A stretch of 64,000 bases of DNA from positions 1 to 64,000 of the forward strand of contig JALDTO010000266.1 of assembly GCA_023515725.1 (NCBI GenBank), given 5' to 3'. Made by a program: the position numbers and the translations under genes. This document shows, in pieces, positions 1 to 13,601 of the stretch (its first letter is position 1; each line of letters starts with the position of its first letter). The notes under the pieces are model-generated. The model saw only the letters and a program-made list of their open reading frames with translations, had not been told where the DNA came from and searched no databases. The stretch comes from Amoeboaphelidium protococcarum X5. Taxonomy: Eukaryota > Fungi > Aphelidiomycota.

Positions 1-102
1 GGGTGCAAGGTGCAAAACACTACCGGTGCAAAAGAAAACAAGCGTTTTATTTGTTTTAAAAGAGTCAGATACAATATATTATCTGCTATAGTATTAAAAA
101 AA

Positions 103-501
103 ATGAACTAGGTGGAATTGTACAGCTAATGCGTATCAAATCGCTACAATAAGTTTCGTTGATCGAGGTCTCGATCCTAAAGTGAGCTCAATGAAGTTAA
201 GACAATTATCGATCATGGTAAGATTCTTAGAGAGGCTGCTATGAGTGTAAAAGACGTTAATATCATGAATCTTAAAGAAGTTTCAATTAAAAATTATTAC
301 AAATCTAAAATGTCGCTGCAATGCTGTAAGAAATGCATTACTATGCCATATTGCACGAGAACCGCCCTTCGTAGCCCCTCAAGGTGCCGAAGTGACATTC
401 GTGTCGAATTATCAGTACAGTATATAGATTTCAGAAACTTGTTTATCCATCTGGTCCAAATTAAACCAACACTTGTCTTTAGTACTGAAAGTAACCTGTG
501 A
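103..501 (+). pseudogene. Possible disrupted ORF of unknown function
   Basis: ATG at 103 is in frame with the 241-501 ORF (ends TGA 499-501) when TAR=Gln, with one internal TGA at 160-162 in a CGT-TGA-TCG context; no family recognised. Confidence 0.25.
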
Positions 502-703
502 CTTTAACTTTCGTGATCAAGGGGCCCATTTAGCGGCCAACTCTAAATTTCAGGGGTAATACTGACTGCATTTGCGCCGCTTTCTCTTAGATTGTCCGGT
601 CATCTCTTTTCACTTTGTTATCGCCGCTTTATATCTGCAGTATAAACGCATTTTGGTGCTAATTACACTCTTTGACGCGTTAACTAATATTATTGTGTTG
701 GAA

Positions 704-1699
704 ATGAAATCTACGTTAATTGCAGTTACTCTATTGGCAGCTGCCGCGCGTGCTGTGCCAACCTATCCTGCATACGATTAAGGTGATCAAGGATTTAATG
801 ATGACAGCGACTTGCAATATGGCGCGCCATAGTAGAATTAGTAGTTTGCTGGTAATTATTAGCCTACTCCTCCTAACTCTTTTAATGAGCGTCGTTCTCA
901 GTCATATGATTAGCTGCAATAGTATGGTGCTGCACAGCCGGAGGAACAGCAGTAGTATGCTAACAGTCCTCTTGCTCGTAATTCATATGACGACGCGTAT
1001 CCGTAGAATTATCAGAGATAGTAATCAGCTCCAAGATAGCATTCTAACGGCGGACTGGCTTACAAGCACCCATCGTTGCCTCGTAACTTTGTTCCTCCTC
1101 CGCAGCAGCAATAGCAGCAGCAGCAACAACAGTTGCAGCAGTAGTATAGCTCTGTTCCTCCATCCAACTCTGCTCCTGCTCAGTAGTATTAGCAGCAGTA
1201 GGCTGTAACTCAGGATCCATATGATGCAGCTGAGCAAAGTGAAAGCGATAATTTCAAGTTTGAAGATCCTCAACAGCAGACACCTGCTCCATAATAAGGA
1301 AGTCAAGCTGGTTAGGTCGCTGTTGCTGGTGGTGCTGCAGCTGGTGCCGCTACTGTCACTGGTGCATCTGCAGGTACCGGATCTGCTCCTGTGCAATAGT
1401 CACCACAACAGGAAGGAAGCAGCGATTTTGATGAGGCTTTCAAAACTGTGTGTCCTGGACTTTTCGGCAAGACCAAGATGTAGATTGTGACAGCTATCTC
1501 TAAGGCTGGTAGTATCTTTGCTGCATGTAAGTCTGACGCTGACGTGCAAAAGCCTCAGTAGCCTGCTGCTGGTGCTTCTGCAACTACTGAGTAGAGATTT
1601 GCTGAACCTGCTGCCCAACAATCCGCTCCATCTTCTGGTAGTTAGGCGCCTTAGGAGCCTGCTAAGAAGGGATTCTTGGCCAATCTGTTCAAGTGGTGA
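704..1699 (+). CDS. Secreted Gln/Pro/Ala-rich low-complexity protein (331 aa)
   Basis: Signal peptide MKSTLIAVTLLAAAARA; open to TGA 1697-1699 with TAR=Gln; polyQ of mixed CAG/CAA/TAG codons; C-terminus KKGFLANLFKW. Confidence 0.8.
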
Positions 1700-1893
1700 G
1701 TCGTGATAATTAACTCAAAGATGATTGAAGTATATACCGGAGCAATCTGACAACTGAATAAGTAGAATGGGAAATATTATAATAGTTTTGAAAATTATTG
1801 TTTCTTTTACGAGCTTTTAATCGTTTTCACTTCCTCCACTACAACTAGCATCGCAAATACTGCACCAGGTGGATCATTTCCTATTGGATCTAA

Positions 1894-3294
<1,401 letters not shown>

Positions 3295-3551
3295 TTATTA
3301 CAATCGCTTTTAATTAGAGTTAAAGTTGAAGTATATAGCAATAAAAATTAGCTGTCTGTTAACTGTTGTCAGTAGTAATGATGATGAGAAGTGGCGATCG
3401 ATCGACAACGGTAAGGTTGACGACGCGACAACCACTAAAGTGAAAGAGTAACATTGAATATAACACGCTATCACTACGTTAATGTTTGATCATGTATGCA
3501 TTGAAGCAACTACTTTCGGGACATTGTTCATCTCCATTTTCAGTCTCCCGT

Positions 3552-5021
3552 TCAGTGACTTAATGACTACTATTTCATGCGGATAATTTTGTCGTAAATG
3601 TTATAAACTGTCTACGATGAAGATTCCCAAGATTTGTCACGCGCGAATTGTACAGCATTTTCTATCAACTTTGGATAGGCAAACTCCCGGTTGTATAGTC
3701 CATTGACTGCATTATAAATACGCTGATTATGATCCATGCTTTGTACAGCACCTTCTTCGTAAGTACTTATAATCCAGGACTCTCTTATGCGGATTATATC
3801 AACTACATTGTCGCAGAAGTTGCGAATTTTACTACTCTCAGAATCTTTATGATCAGTCTCCTCGACAAGCCTACCGCGACTATCATCCACCAGATCTGAT
3901 ACACCTCCTCTGTTACGAGCCAACACAACATTCCCACTTGCCATAGCTTCAATGCACACGTTACCAAGAGTATCGAATGATGAGGGAAACACAAAAATGT
4001 CACTAGCAGCATATGCCTGACTCAACTGCCCATCCTTCCAATAACATCCAGAATAGAATACCCGGTTCCCTTTGCCGTGCAGTCTGACCAAATCCCAGTG
4101 AAGTATTCCAGTTCCAATAATGACCAGGTAGGCTTTGATTTCACGTTGTGTCAAGTAATCCATCATGTGTACAAGCCAATGCAAGGACTTTTCAGGTGCA
4201 CATCTACCCACGTACAGTAAGATTGGCACCGTGTCGTACGCAGGATCATCGAATGTAAATACTTTGCGCCAATTAGCACTATCATTGTCAAGTTCATAAC
4301 ATGGCCGGAATTGCACGTTATCTACAGCAGGTGGCCAGATGTAATCGCACGTGATATGCTTCTCTTTATTCAGATACTCCTTTATGGGATTAGAGATTGA
4401 TATAACTGCATCAGCCAAGTTTAACAAACGCTCAAGTTGAAATATGCATTTAAACAACCACTTTGACGCGTCACTTATTGGCTAATGTTTGACCCACTCT
4501 GCTGTATGTTGATGATAGCTGGTCACCAGTGCTATGCTTTGAATATCATGGTCACCGGGACGTATCAACTTGCAGTACTTTAAAGCCAAGTAGAATGATA
4601 TGAATACTGCATCTGGTCCAACTACATGGATTACATCAGGTTTCAACTCCAAGATTTTCTGACACAGATGAGGTATCAGTACACCGAATGAATTTGCCAG
4701 TAAAGTCTCTGGAGCTAGATGAGATAGAGGTCGATATGAAGCTAATTGGATGATTGTAGCAGGGAAGTCTTTCAATTGCCTGATATCCAACGAGTCATCT
4801 CTAGGGATCAGTAGAGTGCAGTCTACAGCGTCATCTTCCTGCTTCCTCATTACGTCACCATCAAGATTACTCAGAGTAAAGTTTTGCTCTTCACCACTCC
4901 TTTCACCATTCAACACTGACGCCCCATGTATTTTGGATAAGCATCTCACAAAATGGTCGACGCGTTTACTTAGGCCATCAACCTTGGGATAGAAGGATGG
5001 TGTATATATCAAAACTTTCAT
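3552..5021 (-). CDS. GT4-family glycosyltransferase (GT-B fold; SQD2/MgtA-like)
   Basis: N-terminus MKVLIYTPSFYPKVDG, PDVIHV, SYHQH, LLYVGRCAPEK, YAASDIFVFPSSFDTLGNVCIEAMASG; the two track ORFs join through TAG at 4482. Confidence 0.88.
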
Positions 5022-5239
5022 ATTTTCTGTTAAAAGGCTGGCTTTATGAAAATCGATATACACAGTGTATCATTGTGAATAAAATGATGACATTGAAGGT
5101 TAATGGTTTGCACTGAAATAGCATCACTGACTTGTCATCTCTTTGACACATCAATGCATCATCAACTGGAGATACAATGACAACTTGCTCACATCACATA
5201 TCAAGGATAATATAGAATAACCAGAAACTCTGTATATAT

Positions 5240-7510
5240 TCACATCTTACTAAATACACTGGTGGTCGCTTCAGCATTACCATCTTTCTGCTCTTTCAAC
5301 TTGGCGCGGATAGCCTAAACAGCTTCTTTCAACTCAGACCGATCGAGATCATCGCGTTTGTACAGCAAATCTTCAATAAACTGCAGCGGTACATCATTAT
5401 ACGCCTTCCAAAGAGCATACCAAGATATAAATAGCACCGTGGAAGAACTCTCTAACACGGCAATAATCTTGTCCAGAACATCAAAAGTCTAGCGCACACG
5501 TTTGGGGCTCTTAATTTCGGACCAGAATGCAACACAAGTTATATACTCGCTTCTGAACTAATTCACAGCCTAAGGCATCTTCAATTTGCAATTCTTACTT
5601 TTCAAAGCCTGGATGACCAAGACAACAAAATGTTCAAGACTCTCACTGGATAATTTGGAGAAGAGATAATCCTGCAGATGTGCCTTGTAATCCTAGAGAT
5701 AGTCATTAAGTGTGGCGAGAACGCTCGGCATAGTGCTGTTCTCATACCAACTAGCAGTGAATAACTGAAACATTGCACCATTTATATCATTAAACATTAT
5801 CGTCTACAACACCGAGCATCCCTTCTTAGTGATACGCATAAAGCCCTCCATGACTTCATTCATCAATTTAGAGAACTCAGACTTGGCAGAGTCATCCAAC
5901 TTCTCTTCTAATCGCTTGTACACAGCTTCCAAATACTCGCTGCATTTGAGATTATTATTACTCAGAGCTATAACATACTCTGCGAATCCAGGTGCAAATT
6001 GGTCCTTCTTCATTAGGAATCTTTACTCCTCCTGCTCAAGCATTGTCAACTATTCACCCTGGAAATGTTTAAGAGTCCTCAAGCATTCGAATCCAACATC
6101 TGACAACAATCTACCTCCTTTAGCTGCATCAAACACAATGTCAATCTGCTGATTCACAATTTAGAATAGAATAACGGGCGCAGATGTGGCATACATCTCA
6201 TCAGAGTCGGTATCCGGTGCTTTATCCCTCTCTATGAAATCCTTCTTCTCACTCAACAACAGTCGGTCTACCCATTCAAGCAACTTGGTGCTGATCAACT
6301 TGACATAATCCCGAGATAACTTGGCCTCATTGTCATCAAGAAGCTTCGGCTCCAACAACTCCTCCGTGACACCAAGTCGATCATTCATCACCTTGTAATA
6401 ATCTCTGACCCAGCCAAGAACTAGGAGAATATCCTTGGTCTCCATATCACCGCGCTGTGTCAATCTATTGAGAAGATCATACGTCAACTTGTGGTATTAC
6501 AGAACATAAAACGGAAATATCTTGTACTTTGGTGGAAATCTGACAGAAATTTCGTCAAACACCAGAGCCAGATCATTAAAGATAAAGTGACTATTCTCTA
6601 ACGCATCCGCCACTGAATCTTCTGATGGTATCATTCTACGGTAATGAATCTAAATCGACTCTAGGATACTATTCAACAGCTGGCTTCTATAATTCTTGAT
6701 ACTCCTCGATAATATCGCCTCACTGACAACCTGTATACTGGTAATATTATTACTTTACTACTGCGACTGCCCAATGCTGCCAGATGACTACTGCATTCGA
6801 TGTTGACACTCCATTACTTGTTCATCCGCCATCTCCTCAACCTCGACAATCTTACAAATCTTCACCAGAACTTGGCCTTGATCTTCCTTCACAAGCTCCA
6901 GGATATTCTATCCAAGTGTCCATAGATACTCGCGAAATTACTCAGATAGAGAATCTAGACGTTTAAAGTATTTATTGATAATGTTAATAACTGTCGGTCC
7001 CTGAGTCTTGGCCTAGTGCACGGTAATATCTCTAAACTCTTCCAGTTTATACAACTCATAATGAATCTGAAGCAGAGAATCAGCGGGTCCAAGTATATTC
7101 TCACTCTCCACTCTGATCATTTATGACAATCTTTCAACGTCTTGACTCAGAGCTTAGAATCTCACAATGATTTCCTTGGTCTTGACAAAGTTCTGGTGCG
7201 TCTTACTAATACGCTTAATCTTGTCATAGTTTTAAATCTAAATCTGACTATTCTTGCACACATCTTCCACTTACTTTACCCATTCCTACATAGACTTGAT
7301 GGATTACTCACTTCTTTTCAAAGCTGACAGACTCTCCTCATATCCGTCCAGCTTGTCTCCAACCACACGCTTCAGAACGGCGTCCAGGCTCTACTTCTCC
7401 TACTGGTACTTTGCAATCAAGTGAGGGAGCTTAGTTTGCAAATCCTCTGGCTAAGGCAACAACTAAGCCACCTTCTACTAAGCCTCTTCCAGCGCATCTG
7501 CCAACGACAT
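5240..7510 (-). CDS. SEC6: Exocyst subunit Sec6/EXOC3
   Basis: 756-aa ORF with TAR=Gln; LLQIHYELYKLEEFRD, RFPPKYKIFPFY, APDTDSDEMYATSAPVILF, YVIALSNNNLKC, DLLYKRDDLDRS. Confidence 0.9.
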
Positions 7511-7753
7511 TTTTATAACCACTGGATGTTTACTTACTTGAAATATCAATGCAAATTTTGATACAAAAAGAAGTGCAACAGCCAGCTACTTGTCGACGAA
7601 CAGAAAAAGAGAACTAGCAGGCCGAAAGTAACGCGAGTGAACTGACAGGCTGAAACGCGCGCTTCGTTTTGTTTGAAGAATGTGAAACGAAAGGATACTT
7701 TGAGCAATGCAATTTAACTCGCTGTGTTGAAGTCAAAATCATTGTCACAGTTA

Positions 7754-8167
7754 TCATTCAAGATCCAAGTCAACAATTTCCGTGATTTTACCAACGACTT
7801 TCTCTGCCATTTCAAAGTCGGCCCAGACGCGTAAATCAAGCTGCGTGATATCAGGATACTTTTTGCTAACACTTGTTGTAGTTTATTGACCACTCCTATG
7901 AACTCCAACACGACATTATTTAAGAGTTACGTTAACACCATCATAAATAGTCTGCAGCATCTTAATATTTGACTCGACGAGATACTGAAAAATGTCATGC
8001 CCATGCAAACTATCTTTCTGTATCAGCTTTTCCCTAGTTAAATACAACCAGTTTTGATAAGCCAGCAACTGCTTTTCTTCAAGCTCATTGATTAACTGTT
8101 CTGGTTTAGGCTGCAGAGAGTTTAGATAATTTAAAAGACCAATGATATCTTCATTAAAATCAGACAT
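7754..8167 (-). CDS. Internally deleted mini-paralogue (137 aa) of the REase-kinase gene at 22364-23929
   Basis: Residues 1-118 align with the N-terminus of the long gene up to VWADF, then continue directly into its C-terminal EMAEK...VDLDLE*; intact ATG-TGA frame. Confidence 0.8.
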
Positions 8168-8270
8168 GGCTTATATATCAAAAGATAAATTAGAAAATAA
8201 TTCCAAGATGGAAGAAAAGTTGACCGTGATTTGATTTGAGATCCCATAATCGAAAGTTGATCCTAATTGA

Positions 8271-8307
8271 TCCAATCAGTGAAATGGAGGCAGTCACGCG
8301 TAATAAT
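8271..8307 (-). promoter_or_regulatory. Conserved upstream block shared by both REase-kinase copies, containing ACGCGT (MCB-like) and CCAAT
   Basis: 37-nt perfect identity between paralogue upstream regions while adjacent sequence diverges; about 90-140 nt upstream of each ATG. Confidence 0.5.
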
Positions 8308-9505
8308 CGTTACTTTACGATTTGGCTGTCATGACTAAAGATATATTGACGTGGGACGAAAATTGCATGTACAAAAGTAGATGAATTTTAAAAATGCCAT
8401 ATGGCGGGTCACAACTTAGCAATAAAGTGAAGGCAATAAGACGTAGAATTGCTCCAATACTGTATTTCTTTTGCAGTTGAGGGGTGAAACGAAAAGCGCG
8501 TGTTTAAAGGGCCGCATTGCCAGGAATACGTCTCAGCACAGTACCAGATGAAACACTGTAAAACTACGCTTATCTTTCTCGTATTCCGATTGATAGGTAT
8601 AGCTTAAAAGGAAATGCCATTTGATTGCTCTCTTTTGTTACCTACGCTATTAATATTGTTACAATCTAAATCCCTAAAGTAAAGGATCCGTCAATGTTGA
8701 CATCTATGACACGCTTTAGTCTTGAAAACCTCGGGAACAGTAAAATCATTCAACGGGTGACTATAGAACTCTCTCAAGCCATTACTTTGCTTTGTTATTT
8801 CGCAGCTAAAAAAGGAAACATGTAGCAGGTGCCACGTAAAGTATTTTAGCAGAGACAGGTCATTAGGCCTGTTCACTGAGCAACTTCTACTGTACATAAG
8901 CTGAAACAGCATGGAATAAGTTGCTAAAGAAAATGCGATAACAAAGCGCTTAATGATTGACAAGTGAAATAAGAAAATCATATCTTTGTAACAGATAAAG
9001 GTCAGCAACTGTTAGACGGTGGTTCACTAGGCAACTGACTAGTGAGTACACCTGACGTATAGCCATCCTAAGAAGCCAACTGGCTCAATTGAAAACAACT
9101 GCTTCCAAAATAACTACTGTTATTATTCATATTCCTATATTTCAAACTGTCAATGTCAAAGTAAATTATTCCCTGGAGAAGAGGCGACAATGAGGCGCTT
9201 TCGCGTTTCACTCAACTCATCTTGATTACAGTCAGCTACAGTCAGATCTAACAGCAACCGCATATCGATGGAATACACTACCTACTTAATGAGCGGCAAC
9301 AAAGTTTCATATACTTTTAGGCTTATTACTGAGCAAAAATGATGGAGGTGCGAAAAATTGTCTGATACTAACAATACCGTGCATTATGGTACACGGTTGA
9401 TATATCCTTTAACTGCCTAATGATAGTGGAGATCAACGCGAAAAAAAGCTTAAACATAATACGTAATTCATTTTAATTAAAAATCATATCTTACAGAAGA
9501 CGCCG

Positions 9506-9859
9506 TCAGTATTTACCAGCGTTATTTATTTGCGAAGTCAAATCAGCGACCGTGGCCTGCAGTTAATCACGCTTTGTAATCATCTCATTCAGATAGTCTA
9601 CCGTCTTTTATAGTATCACAGCCTCACTTTTATTCTACTTATTACTTTTGTCTTGCAGCGATGGTACCAATTACTATAATTCTTTAAATCTATCCCGCAA
9701 TAATTATCTCCGCTTCTATTCTGATTACATGTGAGGCTTCTTTGATTGTTCGGTGCTCACGCTCTCCGCCAATCCTCCATCTTCGTCTTCATTTTGGCCA
9801 TCACTACCAGCATCTGCTTATAGATTTTACATTCTATCATCCATTTATTCACCAGACAT
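9506..9859 (-). CDS. Small bHLH(-ZIP) transcription factor, Ino4/Mlx/Max-like (117 aa)
   Basis: HMQSEQKRRQLLRDRFKELQQLVPSL...KSEAVILQKTVDYLNEM followed by a zipper; missing from the ORF track because of TAR codons. Confidence 0.88.
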
Positions 9860-10061
9860 ACTAATGGATTATAAATTTAAAGCAGTCACTTTATTTTTAA
9901 ATCGCGTCGCAATTTGGCGTGTTCAACTTTCATAGAAAACGAAAGATCAAGATCAAAGCACTAAGACCCTGACAATTTAAAATGTCAAGTCAAGATTATA
10001 TCAACAATTTTTATAAAACACTGCTATTCACTTATTACAAGCTAAACAAATCAACCAAAAA

Positions 10062-11471
10062 TCAATCCAAATCTGCCGAGAGTGCACTATCTTTGTGAAA
10101 TCTCTTCTGATTACGAGCTGCAAGTTGATCTCTGCTCTGTTGTCTCTTGTCAACCTTCCTCTCATCATTAGCGAGTTTCTTCATTTGACGCACAGCCTTT
10201 TTGCTTTGTTTCTAAACCGGTTCTAGAGCTAACTCTTGCTGGTTCTATACCACATAACTTGATCTTCCATAATGTACAGAGTCACACAGGATAGTGTGCA
10301 AGTTATCGTCGGAATTCTGGATTAGTGTGTCGTAAAATTCGCCTTAAGCAAGTCGAAGAAACTCAACCTTACGCTTCACCTGATGTCTACTGTCTTGTCC
10401 ACTTTAACTGACTGCAGATTCATCGCCATCACTTTGATACGCATCAGCATGTAATAGTTCGCAATCCAAAGCATTAGAATACTCGCGAAACAACTTCTTC
10501 TACTCTTTCCTCTCTTTTTTATGAATCTTCTTTACACTTTTAAACTAACCAGCTTGGTCTTGCATTCCGGAGCTAAGGTTCTACAGCTGAGAACTAAATT
10601 GATTCTCATAACGAGCCAGCAATTAATCTACATCCTCAAATGAATTGTCGCTGAGATACGATTTTATTTCCAATAGAATAAGGTAATTCTCAGCTGCTCT
10701 AGATTTAACATCCAGTTTATCGGAGCCCAAACAATCAAGATAATAGTCCAACAGCTACTCCAGCGCGTCAATTCTGATAGAACCTGCTTATGGCGAGCGA
10801 GGTGCAGATTCGCTCATCTTTTGCCAATAATCTGCAATTAAATGGGGAAGCGTCGCCAATATGTATCCTTCACACAAAAGAGCGGATGCTTAAAACTAGG
10901 CAGAGTTAACGCCTAGATCCAATAATCTACCATAAAGTTCGTCAACATCTAGAAAATCATTTTTACACACATCAGCTGCAACAACTATACTGGTTAAAGC
11001 ATAAATCACATTAACATCCAGATTACTATCCTTGATGCTAGGTGATGGCTAAAAATGCTTCAACAATGCCTTGACACTATCTTTCACCACTTCACTAGAG
11101 TCTATGGCATCATTATCATATAATAGGAACTACGATCGACCAAGCATTTTACAAGCAAGAGCAATTTCGTTACTATCTTGACTATTTTTGACGATTCTGA
11201 TCAAGGCATGCCATAAATCGCTGCACTATGTTCCATCTAAGGCACCATCAGAGTAAATCGAAGGTAGGTGTTTAATTATTGATTTCAAAGCCTCAACTCT
11301 GATTTAAGTTCGCTTCTCTCCAAGTAGCTAGATACTGTCTTTCAAATCAAATCCACTAGTCTACTCGTCACCAGACTCATATGCAGCTTCACTGGTCACG
11401 GCATCGACATCAACATCCATCGAGTCTCTGATGCTACTCTTCTCTTATTTATTATTCCTCTTACGAGGCAT
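10062..11471 (-). CDS. IFRD (interferon-related developmental regulator)-like protein
   Basis: 469-aa ORF; N-terminal LGEKRTQIRVEAL, central armadillo-like helices, KKERKEQKKLFRE and basic C-terminus, as in IFRD1/2. Confidence 0.7.
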
Positions 11472-11750
11472 TTCTCTAGATAATTTTTCAGATTATTTTA
11501 CAACTCCGGCTTTAAGATGGAGAGTCAAATTCGCTACGGGTATTAAGCTGGAGCAGAAGTCTAAAGTACAATAATATTCGAATATAAGTGAGAGTCGTAT
11601 GATTGATTGTTCGCACAGTGATGAATGCTGAGTGGCGGCGATAAGCGAAACAATGCTGAAACAATCACCGACGAGTCACACTCTGCGACAATGAATGGAT
11701 GGCATAACTTGAAAGAGTTTATATTGAAATATTCGAGCGTATTACGATAT

Positions 11751-13460
11751 TCATATATTCAAAGTTCTAATAATCACAGAGAACAAGTCCTCGGGTAAAT
11801 AGTACTGAAGGATAAGCAGTTTAAGCTTGCATTGCTTGTTCAGGTCTTTCTATTCCACCTCCAGTTCTTCCGTTTCCAATGATAAATTTCCGATAATTTC
11901 ATCAAGCTCAATTTACTCTGTTTTGATCAGCTTTTAGAGACTTTAAATCTGCTTTTCCTGATCTTTAATCTAATCTACTGTTGACGCGTAAGTCCGCTTA
12001 ATTTAAAGACCGTTCGCGAGTAACTGCTCTAAATCCAATATAGCTTGTTTTTCGTCTCTTTTGGCAGCCTAAACGTTAGCCTTCTCTTTCAGTAATTTAT
12101 CGTCTAGCCTGCGAGATTCTTCTACCAAGTTTTTGCCTCCAACTATAATCTTTGATTGAAGATTCTGAAGTTCCAATTCCATTGACTGACGCTAAGTTCG
12201 CTCTTAAGTGAGGATATCTCTTTTCTATTCTACGGCCATTGTTAATCTTTACTTTTCTATCTCGGTCATGCTGATATCTGATTAAATTTCTTGCAATTGC
12301 TTATTTAACTGATCCAGCTGAGCTTGCTCCAGTGTGCTAATCTCTGCTTCAATGGAACCATTCATATCAGATTGGATCTACTAAATTTGATTTTACACCT
12401 AAAGCACCATGGCATTCTGAGGCTTATCATTTACCAATGGCTTATTCTTTATTTACTTTGCGCGCCAAGCATATCTCAAAGTATTCAGCGTCTCAGATAG
12501 ATTGCTCTGATCTGGGCTTATGGTGGCAATCATCAACGTTTTCGAATTACCGCCAAGCGCATCTTGCAGCAGACGCGTAAGTTTACTATCTCTGTATGGA
12601 ATATGAGGAGCACCGGAAACTATTGAGCTCATGACGTGTGCGAGAGCAGTGAGCGAAAGATTAATCTTGGTAGCTTCAGTAAATCTAATACCAGTGGATT
12701 AAGTCTTCGATTAGCGTTCACTACCAGCAAGATCAACCAGGCTGAGTTTTCCCACCTTCACATTAGCTACTCCATTCTATGATCGTTGGCATTATTCAAC
12801 AAAAACTTGAAATACAGCGTGCGATCGAGATGAGACATCATTCATGGCTGTAGCGCCCGTGGCTCTATTAGCTTGTCCTTTCTGCAGCAATGTTGTCAAC
12901 TCATCATAAGAGTGCACAACAACTTCAGAGAGACCAACTACAGATATCGCGCCATCTCTATCTTTTAGCTCCAATTCATTCGGCGATGCCCCATTTTACC
13001 TTTATTCAGAAAGTAAATCTCTCAGCTCTTCATTATAAATCTCGACAAACGACGCTCTGATTAGATACGTGACATTCTTGTCCTTTGACGACGAGATCGT
13101 TTCAAATATTTTTCTGAAACATCGAGGCATTACTCCTAGAGACTCCTCCTGCTACAACAAGCCTTACATAGTGAACGTCTTGCCACTTCCAGTCTGACCA
13201 TATGCAAAAATGGTTCCATTGTATCCCTAAAGAACGCTATCTACAATATCAGTGCACGATTTTAAAAAGATCTCCTTCTACAACGAAGATTGATCGAAAC
13301 ATTGATCAAATGTGAATCTCTTTTCATCTGATGCTGAAACAACGTTGCCTTCGACTCTTATAGCAGAAGATTCAGAGTTTAAGTCAATTCCGTTAGGCAG
13401 TGGTCTTACACGAACAGCAACTTTAATGCGCTCCCTAGAACTTTCTTTCGACATCCTCAT
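11751..13460 (-). CDS. Kinesin-2 (KIF3/KIF17-like) motor with short tail
   Basis: [88 protein letters not shown]; coiled coil ending [12 protein letters not shown]. Confidence 0.9.
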
Positions 13461-13601
13461 TGAGTGTTGCAACGTTTCAGTGAAATGAAAAAATGTTAAT
13501 GTATTCTGTAGTCACCATGACTACAAAGAGATAATTTTATAAACTTAAAATACAAGCTCGTATTAAAAATCCAGACAAGAAGAGACTTTATTACATTCAT
13601 A

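Larger units (their letters stand above)
7754..8329 (-). repeat. Inverted dispersed duplicate of 22216-22719 plus 23864-23929, including upstream region
   Basis: 7812-7933 is the exact reverse complement of 22598-22719 (122 nt); 8271-8307 is the exact reverse complement of 22238-22274 (37 nt, non-coding). Confidence 0.95.

Noticed and set aside
160-162. Selenocysteine or TGA readthrough in the first ORF
   Set aside because: No redox motif or recognisable selenoprotein family, and no SECIS could be identified by eye
720-1706. Overlapping track ORFs on both strands
   Set aside because: Alternative frames of the single 704-1699 gene, which has a signal peptide and coherent composition
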